From the NCBI GenBank assembly GCA_008632985.1, contig QPGO01000044.1:124001-188000 (forward strand): a stretch of DNA of 64,000 nucleotides, given 5' to 3'. A program made the position numbers and the translations under genes. Positions 25,846 to 35,862 of this stretch are shown piece after piece (within the stretch, counting starts at the first letter, position 1; every line of letters begins with the position of its first letter). This DNA is from Psammoneis japonica (lineage: Eukaryota). The notes under the pieces were generated by a model. The model saw nothing but the letters and a program-made list of their open reading frames with translations, did no database searches and was not told the origin of the DNA.

Positions 25846-26742
25846 TTTTGACGGCAGCAACTCAATTGAGCATGGTGAGTCCTCTGTTTCCTGCACAGAC
25901 AAATTGTCCACATCACCTGACGCATCATCCAACAATGATTGCGGGTCCTTGATGGCTTCCTTGCACAGGTTTGGATCTGAATCAACACAAGACGTTAACC
26001 AGACATAGAGAACGCAAACAGGTCCTGTCCCGTGTGTGGTCCGCAGAACACACAATCAAAAATGCCAGTGCAACAATTGAACTCGGAGTCACACAGCTGG
26101 TGTTCCATTCCATTCCACCCTGGGTCTTCTGTCCCGGTCTCTGAAGTTGTGTGTTCATGCATGAGTGGGCGCACTTCTGGCTTGTCATGCTTTAATTGTC
26201 TGGCTGTGCTGGAATTGAAGACAGGGTGCACCATGTCATTTAGAAGGGGGTGGTCCTTGACAACTGCACATGCCAGCACCAGACATTGCAGGACCAACAT
26301 CAGACAAATTTTGCCAAAGTCAGCTCTGCGATGTGACCAAACTTCACAGGCATCCTTGCATCATTGTTCCATTCAGTGGGCACAGAAGCTTTCATTGTTC
26401 ACATTGTCGTCAATCCACAGCAGGATTGCACAGATCTTGTTGATGATGAGATCTGCTAGAGCATTGGCCGTGTCCACGCAGCTGGGGTCCAAAAACACCT
26501 CGGAGAACTTCTCGTCCATCAAATTGGTGGGGCCAATCCGCCCAACCTGGGGATCACCAAACAACACACCAAACTCATTCTGCAGAAATGTGTGGAAGAG
26601 CACAAATGGGTTGCTGCCTTCACAACACAGAGGTTTGGCAAATGCTTGTCCCCAACATGGCAGAAGTGATGGCATCCGGGTGGACAACCGACAAGTGTTG
26701 CCAGGTGCATCACCCATTTTGGGTCAGGGCCGGACGCACACA

Positions 26743-27046
26743 CAATGTTCTTGAATTGGCAGACAACTGTTGCTGGAGCTGACAGATGAAAGTCTCTTGC
26801 CAGAAATGATGGGATTTTTAAATGGTCCATGTGCACAGCAGGGATGCCTGTGCTTCCACCACCACCTGTTGCGATGTTGTCCCAGGGCCTGTGTCAATGT
26901 TCTTGAATTGGCAGAGAACTGTTGCTGGAGCCAACAGATGAAAGTCTCTTGCCAGAAATGATGGGATTTTTACATGGTCCATGTGCACAGCAGGGATGCC
27001 TGTGCTTCTGCCACCACCTGTTGCGATGTTGTCCCAGGGCCTGTGC
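26743..27046. repeat. Tandem duplication, 152-bp unit x2
   Basis: caatgttcttgaattggcaga...cccagggcctgtg starts at 26743 and at 26895. Confidence 0.9.
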
Positions 27047-28330
27047 CATCATCCAGCACAAAATGCTTGAATGCATTAGGGTTGAGGGGAACCTCTGGGT
27101 GTGAGTGACCACTGTGTTGCAGGTCAAAGTCTTGCAGTTGGAAATCTGGCTGAGCCTGTTTGCAGTGCATCCAAGCAAGCATTGGCTTCATTTTGTGCTT
27201 GTCAGTGCAGTGTTGACCAATGGCATTCTTGCCATTGCATGTCACCTTGAAGGACCAAATGTCACCGAATGTGTCCATGACAAAGAAACAACCAGCAGAC
27301 GTCTTCCCACATCAACACCAGGTGCAATGGTTGCTGTCAAAGTGACCATCACAGAACTGACCATGGGACATGCATGAACCCTGCATGTTTCAGTCCTCCC
27401 GTTGGCAGCAGAGACAACCAATTGCGTCACCTGGCACTTTTGAATGCTCCTGGCAATGAAGTGACCAGTTGAAGGGTGGAGGGTTTTCAGTTTTTTTTTA
27501 GCTCAATCTCATTTTTGCATGGCTGAATGGAGTCAAGAATGTCTGCAACCATGGCCTTCATTTTGGACATTTCATGTTTGTCAAAATTTTCATTGGACTC
27601 AAAAACATCTAGACCATGTGCAGCCATGGGTTTGGTGGATTTGGTGGGGAGCCAGGTCCTTGGGATGACACTTCCTGCCAGTGCAACCAAACTTGACCCT
27701 GCGTTTGTCTCCACAGTCAACAGCCACTGATCTGTTGTGCTTCAGATTGGACTCTCCCTTCAACATGATGAAAAGCGGGAGAGTGGGAATGCACACACAA
27801 AGACTGCCAAAGTGAGCTTTGCACAATGCATTTGCTTGTCTGGCAATGGAAAGTTCCTCCAAGTGGCGATCACGGTGAGGAGGGTGTTCAACGCGGACAC
27901 AGGAGCCCATCTTGGGATTGCCCAAGTTGGTTTTGTTGGCAAACTTGTGCCAGTTTTGCCTCAAATTATCTGCAAGGTAAAAGTCACTGGTGGAGTGGTG
28001 AAGCACATGCTCCACATCTGTGGCATTGTCAAGGATGTGAAGGTGCGAGACACATGTCCAACAACTTCCTCTGAGGTGACAGCACGACACTTGGATGTGT
28101 CAGTCAAAATGTTGATGGAGCATGGACTTGTCCAGCCATGACATGTCATTGGGGTTGTTTGGAGGAGAGGCAAGTGACAGTGCATGTGCAGAAACACCCA
28201 TGTTGGAGAGGGATCCTTTTGAGAGAGAACCTTTGGAGGGGGGGGGAGGGCAGGGCAGGATCCATGGATTCCAGCAAGGGGGGAATGTTGGCGGTGAGGG
28301 TCCAGGGGTGTGCCTCCCTGGAGGATGACA

Positions 28331-30170
28331 CATTGCCGAAAACCAAAAGAGGTGCCTGTTTTGCACGTGAAGTGGACTTGGTCTTCTTGCGGCTTGCGGG
28401 GGGGGGGGGGGGAAAGAAGGCTCCATTGGAGAGAAAGAAATTGAAAAGAAAAGACATCCTTGAGAAAACCAATGCACAACAGAATTGCACGCAGAAGGAA
28501 AAACTTGCTGGCATCACACAAGCAGGTTCCATCTTTGCAAACCCTTCTCATTTTACGCTTGGTTTTCAAGTTTTACACCCGTTTTTTAATTGTCATCAAA
28601 ACAGTCGGCCCTCTGATCATGCATTTGGCAATGCAGCATTGTGAGCTGCTTGGAGCACCTGGGTCATGTGCCATGTTGCTCCTTCGGACAATGCTTCCCA
28701 AATTCACACTGTGACATGGCATTGATTTTTGCTTTGTGCACCTCCCGGATGGCAACAGCATTGCCTTCCATTGTCGCCATGTCCTTGATGTCACAGAGTT
28801 TGTCTCTGAGAAAGCCCTTGACTTTTTCCTCCTCAGAACCAACTTCATTTGACTGGCATGTGACAAGAAAGCTGTTGACAAAAATGCGCCACTCCTTTTG
28901 GGCAGTGACTTCACAAAAGAACTGCATGAACCAACAATGGCTCCTGTCCTGGGGTTTGTAGAGGACATGATGCATGACCATTTTGACAACAAAGTGTGCA
29001 CCGTGAAGGTCCTGTGCTTGGTCATCAATCAGATCTTGAAGACTTGTGCAACGTAAAAAATGGAAACAAGGCTTGACTGAGACAGGATCATTGAGGTCCT
29101 TCCCGGCAATTGTCTGGCACATGTGCTCCACCATCACCTTTGTGTTGCGGTGAAGGTCACGATGGTGTTCCTCTTCTTTTTCTGTCTCTCCGGGCAGGGT
29201 GCAGAAACAAAGAGCATTCTCCAAATTTTGATGCCGCAGGACATGTTCACCTTTGTTCCGGCAGGATTTCTTCAGCACCCAACCACAAGTCATGATGTGG
29301 GACCAAACATTGGGACATCCGACAGTTTTCCCAACAGTGTTGTTTGCACAGATGAACTCAGTGATGCAGGGAATGCAACAAAGCTTGGGCTCATGGCAAA
29401 GGAAGGGAAGTGCAAGGAATTCTGGAGAGGGCGACCAATTCATTCTCTCCACAAACTGCTTTTTGGACGCACACGTGGCAACTGTGCTCTTGAGCTTGGG
29501 GAGCCAAAAAGCTCCATTCCAAAACCATCAGCAAAACATTCTGTGTCATAAAAATTGACATTGTCAGGAAAGGTGAACAAGGGATCAGAGTCAACCTCAT
29601 CCACTGATGGGGTGAAGTCATTGACTGCCATGGCCGGCAATCAGTTGGTGGTTCACGCAAAAAGTGCTTGAATCACAACAGCACATGCTCTGGTCAAATT
29701 GATTTTGGGGAGAGGGTGCACTGTTGTGAAATGCATGGAAAATGGCTCATGCAGAAAAAGCACTGAAAATGTGGCAGAGAAACGTGCACAGAATTCCGGG
29801 AAAAAGTGAGACGCAAAGAGGGAGTGCACATGTGGAGAAGAAGGGGGTGCACGCACAATGCCAGCACACACCATGATGCACAAACGGGGTGCAAAAGCAA
29901 AAACCAAGTTGAAATCTAAAGTGTCAAAAGCAAAGAGGATAAATCATCACAACTTAAACAACAAATCACAAAACATTTGAAAATGCAAGTTGCTTTGGGA
30001 AAAATTGCCGGTGCAAATGGACAACAAAATTCCTCATGAAATGTGCAAATGCCTTGCATTGTGAAGACACCATTAAAGTTTGACTGTCACATTTAGAAAA
30101 TTGAGACAAACAAAATTCAATGGCAAACAAATGTCAACAACAGCAATGACCATTGCATTGCGGCCTCTGG
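28331..30170. repeat. Dispersed repeat, copy 1 (unclassified TE with a decayed minus-strand ORF)
   Basis: Colinear with 40722-42295 from aggtgcctgttttgcacgtgaa to ttgcattgtgaa...ttgc(g/a)gcctct. Copy 2 lacks ~28940-29150. Confidence 0.85.
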
Positions 30171-30840
30171 TGCATCTCCCATCAACCTGCCAGCATCATG
30201 TTGATGACAACTTTCATGCTGACATGCACCCCCCCCCTCCTGAACTGGACTGTTGCAGCAAGCACTTTGGTGGTGCATGTCTTGTTGGGCTTCCCACACA
30301 ACAAGAGTGCTGTGTTCCTCAGCAAACAGAAGCTGGGTGCTCTTCATCCACACACTGGATGGGCACTGGGCAGGTGTTTCAACTTGAGGACTGTGCCAGT
30401 TGGTGTGCTGCCATGGAAATGGGATCAGTTCCTTGAGCATTTCCATGGGTGGCTTCACAAACAAGGCCACTCACTTATGGGTGCAGCAAACCTGAGCAGC
30501 CAGCTCAAATTCCACACACGGTGTGCTGTCTTTGGGCTCATCCAAATTTTTCTGTGCTTCAGAACTTCATGCGTTGAGTGTTGGTCACCCAATTTGCCAT
30601 TGTGAAGTGCATCTTGGAGCAACAAAACATGAAGTTGAATTTGGAAACTCAAATGCTGAGCCATCTCAAGCACAGGCCACCAGGCTTGCTGGCACGCACC
30701 CAAGCCCAGCTGCTTTGCATGTTGAAAATCAAGATGCCAATGACCTCCCATGCATTGGATGTCATCAAGGATGCAGCATCCTGTCTTGAATCAATGTTGC
30801 AGCCATGGATGGCTCCAACTGGATGTCATCCCCAGTGTGT
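30170..30840 (+). pseudogene. Decayed LINE fragment (post-RT region)
   Basis: Fragmentary ILEQQNMKL and ALDVI segments and Trp spacing resemble diatom LINE ORF2; heavily degraded. Confidence 0.35.
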
Positions 30841-30849
30841 CACATTGCC

Positions 30850-31176
30850 AAGCCACGGGAAGGAAATTCCACAACATGACCTTCCCACTTCTTCCTCACA
30901 TGGCTCATTTTCACATTGACAAGCAGCCCACATTTGGGCTTCCTTGGAATCATTTTTGCTGCTTCAATGGCCTTTTCCCATTCACAGTCAGCAATGGTGG
31001 AACTGTGCCCACTTCTTCCTCATCTGGTTCATTTTCACAATGACAAGCAGCCCACATTTGGACTTCCTTGGAATCATTTTTTGCCACTTCAATGGCCTTT
31101 TCCCATTCACAGTCAGCAATGGTGGAATGGAGCACCGCAATGTTTCTGTTTTAATCAACAGCCAAATCCTCGGACT
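30850..31176 (-). pseudogene. Mutated, internally duplicated fragment homologous to the ankyrin-like gene at 54264
   Basis: Translates IADCEWEKAIEVAKNDSKEVQMWAACHCEN versus ITDCEWEKAIEAVKNDPKEAQTWVVRHYEN in the intact gene (54322-54520). A ~120-bp unit is present twice. Confidence 0.92.
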
Positions 31177-31360
31177 TAACAGGCTAGAGTAAAACCATCT
31201 CAATGATTTGGACTGCTCACTCTAAAATTTTAACTGATGTCGACATAATCATCATTCGCATTATAATGTCTTCTAGCACGTGACAAAGTGTTGTCAACTC
31301 ACGTGCTATTCTTTCTTCAAACAACAACTTTCCTTGCCTTTCAACAACTTGGCGTTGTAC

Positions 31361-34300
31361 CTAGAGTTGAAGAGTACTCGTGGCTGGGCAAAAGCTGTCT
31401 TGGCAATTTGTGCCAAACCCCTGAAACGTTCCACCAAGGTTTTGCCTGCATTGAAAAGACCCAGTGTTCGAAACGCAACCACCCGAGTTCAAACAACAGG
31501 CCCCTTTGACAGTGCAGCGATAAGAATCGCAAATCTTTGGTGGAAGGGCGTGGACATGGCGCTGTTAGAATCAACGATTCAACAACAAACCGACATGGAG
31601 CAACTGACTCTTACCGTATCATCACCCTGGTAAACACCATCTACGAGTCCACAAGACTCCTCGGAGACAATGATGCAAACTTTATCGGTCTTTGAACAAC
31701 ATGCTCCTTGCTTCACATTGGTGACGAGACAAGAGTCGTCCTCACACGTTGTACCGTATCCCTGGAAAGTACCTCCAAGTTGAGTTTGGCAATTATAAAT
31801 CCTCCTGTTTGGGATGCAGCTCCCTGACCCCAAGCAGCAGGCTCCTTCAAGTGAGCATTGATCAGCATGACAAACCTGAAATTTGTAACAATAGATGACC
31901 GAGGCCCCGTTAGAATCCTATCATTGCTTCGAATCGATTCTGTTCAATTGTCTCTTACCGTTTCGGCTCCTTGGTAAACTCCGTCAGAACTCTTGCAATC
32001 TGATTCCGAGATCACGTTGCATTCCTTCTTAGTCTTTGAACAACATGCTCCTGACGTGGGGCATAATCCGTCCGTACAAGTTGTGGTGTATCCTTGGAAT
32101 GTACCACCAAGTGTATTTTCACAGCGATAAAGCCTACTGTCCGGAATGCATTCACCCGAGGGAAGGCAGCAAGCCCCTTCGATACCGCATCGATCCGCAT
32201 CACAAAGCTTCAAAAGCAAAGATGCAATCACAGATCTTTGTAAGAATGAAGACTACACACATATTTGCTCATAACGTGACCAGGTCTTACCGTGTCGTCA
32301 CCTTGGAAAACTCCATCAGAAGTTTCGCAAGAGTCCTTTGTGTCAATGAAGCATTCTTTTGTGCGCTTTGAACAACACGCTCCGGGTCTAAGCCCTGTTG
32401 TTGTGGGGCTCATTGTAGGAGGAGGAGTAATTACAGGACAAAAGCTGTCTTCGCATGTTGTGTCAAAGCCCTTGAAGGTCCCGCCGAGAAGGTTTCCGCA
32501 CCGAAAGCGTTTGACATTTGGTACGCATTCTCCCGAGTCCAGACAGCAAGCCCCTTCGAGACTACAGCGACCATTATTACAGGTCTATGAATGATCACGG
32601 AGAGAGGTGTGAGTTCTATAAAAACGTTTCGAAGAAGTTCAATGTAATGTCAAGTGGCTCTTACAGTGTCGTCACCTTGGTAAACTCCATCTGACTTTCT
32701 ACAGGAAGCCTCGGGAAGTACGTTACATTCTTTCTGGAATTTTGAACAGCACGCTCCCGACTTGCATGATGTGTCTTGGCATTTTGTACCGAAACCCTGG
32801 AACACACCTCCTAGGGTGCTTTCGCATCGGAACAACTTGCTACCCGACTCACAGCTTCCCGACGGCAAGCAGCAAGCTCCTTCAACAGTGCAGCGATAAG
32901 GATCACAAGGCTACAGACAGCAGAAGATTGCCAGAACGATGAAGTCCCGTTAGAAGCTAAACCAGTTCATCTATAAACTGAGCTGTAAATGTCGCTTACC
33001 TTGCCGTCGCCCTGATAAATGCCATCTAAGATGTTGCAATTAGCCCTTGTGGTAATGCTGCATTCTTTCTCGAACTTTAAGCAGCATGCTCCTGTGGGTA
33101 GCATTGTTGGTCTCGGGGTCGGTCTCGGGGTTGGTCTCGGGGTCGGTCGCGGAGTCGGTCTCGGGGTTGGGGTGGGGGTCGGTATGGGAGTTGGGGCCGG
33201 GGTTGGTCGCGGGGTCGGTCTCGGGGTTGGAGTGGGGGTCGGCATGGGAGTTGGGGCCGGGGTTGGTGTCGGGGTCGGTCGCGGGGTCGAGGGAACAGCT
33301 GTCGTGTATCCCGCAATTAACTCCTTTACTTCATTGATCTGTCGGACATTGTTTGCAGTGGAGCTGCCAAGGTCAATTCCATTAAACTGACAAAGCAACA
33401 TAGAAAAAAGCAACTTTGTAAGTTCTTCGAACAAAAGAATCACACAATCAGCATTTTCGTCGAAAATTAACTCACTGATTTATCTGGAGTAGAGAAACGT
33501 TGCACCCGGGTGCAACCGCCCCCTGCGTTATTGTCGCACTCACCGCTTACGCAGTTGTACGCTAGAATGGTTCGTAACCTTGCTTGTGGGTCTCTCCATC
33601 TTTTTGAAATTAGGAATGCAAAACCAGGAAAGTGTTCAATTAGCAAATCAAACGCATCAAAATCAAAACGACAGAACTAGCACTCACCCGTAGTTATAGT
33701 TTGTGGTCGAACATTCATCCTGAGTTCCTTGATCGTGAAGGCATCCCTATGAATCCAAATGATGATGTCGCTGTATTTTCAGTCGTGCTTTCGTCAGCCT
33801 ACATGGCGTGAAATGCATGCGTTTGACTTACCTGGTTGTGTCCTGTAGAAAAGAAACCCGATCAAGAGGCAAGGACTGGTGAGTCTTAAAAGTGCAATTC
33901 CAACTTGCTCACGAAAAGAAGCGCGGAGAGCAAAGAGAAGCGACTCACCAATTTCGTGACCGAAAGTGAAAAATCCAGCAGAGCAGAAATAATTCGTCAC
34001 AGAGAACATAAGATCAAATCTTGGTCCCACAAAAGCAAGACCGCAATATTCGAAACTCCCAAGAAGCATAGCCACAACATCCGCTCCGTACTCAATGCGT
34101 TTCGCATGTACATCATCCATATTTCCGTCAGTTGTCCCCCGGAGATCGTATAGTGCGGGAAAATAACCTTCTTCGACATACGAAGCCTCTCTATAGGCGT
34201 GAACAAGCCGTAGGCTTGTTTCGATGCCCGATAGTTCGTAAGCAGTGTTGGTCTCTTCAACTGAAAGGTCGATTAGCAAAATCATGTTGATCTCGGTTTG

Positions 34301-34998
34301 AATAGTGAGTGTGCAACCGATTGGTAGCCCGGATTGTTTACATTCTGCAGAAAGAAAATAATGAGCAACAAGGCAAAAAATAACACACCATAAATGGGAA
34401 GATGCTTGCACCTACCAGCATCTCCTGTCCATAAAACCATGATATCGATAATGCCCCCAGAATCATCATTGGGGATTAGCTTTCGTCGCCGAAGCCCGTC
34501 AAAATCGACCTTATGCCCCTTACTCTCTTGAATAGTTTCAAGTTCTTCAGGGTCGGCTTCGTCTGGATAGTCAGCCCTATCGGTCTCGATTATCTCCTCG
34601 TTGCCGAACTCATCTGGCTGGATCTTGTAGATTTTCTCCCCGACAGAGATAGAGCCAACCAGGAGAGTGCTGAAGCCATTCTCCGGGAATTTTCGCACCA
34701 ACAAATTCATCGCATCCACATTATTCTCGTTTTCACCATGGAAAAAATTTTGCATGACCTTTCCCGTCTGTTTGAATGTATGGGAGTCACCTCCATCTAG
34801 CTCGAAGATGATGGAATCAACGCCACTGAGATCTCCAGAGGTAAAATCGGACAAGTCAACGGCGCACCTGGCCTCTTTGCAACCTTTTTTAATCACATAA
34901 GACGCGGTGTTCGCTTCACCAGACGCCATGCCTCCACGACAAGAAAGTGCAAACAAACCTGCCGGAAAGAGAACGGTCCATCTCGTCATGATAACCAT
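31361..34998 (-). CDS. Secreted zinc metalloprotease (metzincin, M12B/reprolysin-like) with Pro/Thr/Arg linker and 10 Cys-rich GACC repeats; ~11 exons
   Basis: Hydrophobic N-terminus. Exons 34998-34416, 34344-33949, 33842-33832, 33746-33688 and onward join at GT-AG sites to give HEIGHNQGCLH (HExxHxxGxxH) and RTILAY. (PTPR/PTPA)n at 33110-33290. GACC exons run to TAG at 31363-31361. Confidence 0.88.
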
Positions 34999-35359
34999 TC
35001 TTGCTGCTTGTCTGTAGAGAAATTTTATGACAACAATTACTCTCGACGTTTACGAGCGGAAAAGTGAGAAAGATAAAAGCAAGATCACATCATGGAGCAC
35101 CTCCTACACTATTTTTTACCTTGACCAAATTTTCCATCCAACGTCCAACTGATCAATATTTCGACATTTTTATGCAAATATTCGGAGCCATATTTCCTAT
35201 CAACAAGGGCTTATGGGATTTTGGTGGCGATTTGAGACTGAACGACAGCGAAATTTCTCGCGGCTAACGCAAACACTGCAAATTCCATAACCCAACGCTC
35301 TACCATGAGTACCGTACACAGAGTATTTTAGCACAGTAGATAGGAACCTATCCCCAAGG

Positions 35360-35862
35360 TGCGATGTTCGCTTCACCCGACGCCATGCCAGAGAGACAAG
35401 AAAGTGCAAACAAACCTGCCGGAAAGAGCACGGTCCATCTCGCCATGATGACCATTCTTGCTGCCAATCTCTAGAGAAAAATGTGTGACAATGCTCTCCA
35501 CGTTTACGAGCAGAAAAGTGAGGAGGTAAAAACAAGATCGCGTTTGGCCAATGTCCAACGTCCAACGTCCCAATGACATTTGCCACCAATGCGGAATGCG
35601 GAGCCGAATGATTATGTGCTGTCATTTCAACAAGTTCTTGTGGTTTTTGGTGGCGATTTGAGATTGAGCGCCGGCCAAATTTCTCGGCTCCAACGGCAGG
35701 AAACGAAAAATGACAGGCCCTGTGCCATGATGTACTGTCCCACAGCAGTTTATGCCAACTACGGAGCTGAATTATAACATGAACAAGTTCTCACGGTTGT
35801 TGGTGGCGATTTGAGACTGAGCGCCGGCCAAATTTCTCGTCTCTTTTGGCAGGAAACGAAAA
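35360..35862 (-). repeat. Local duplication of the metalloprotease 5' end and upstream motif
   Basis: 35360-35541 matches 34903-35087. The motif ttggtggcgatttgaga(c/t)tga...aaatttctcg recurs at ~35221, 35648 and 35801. Confidence 0.85.
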
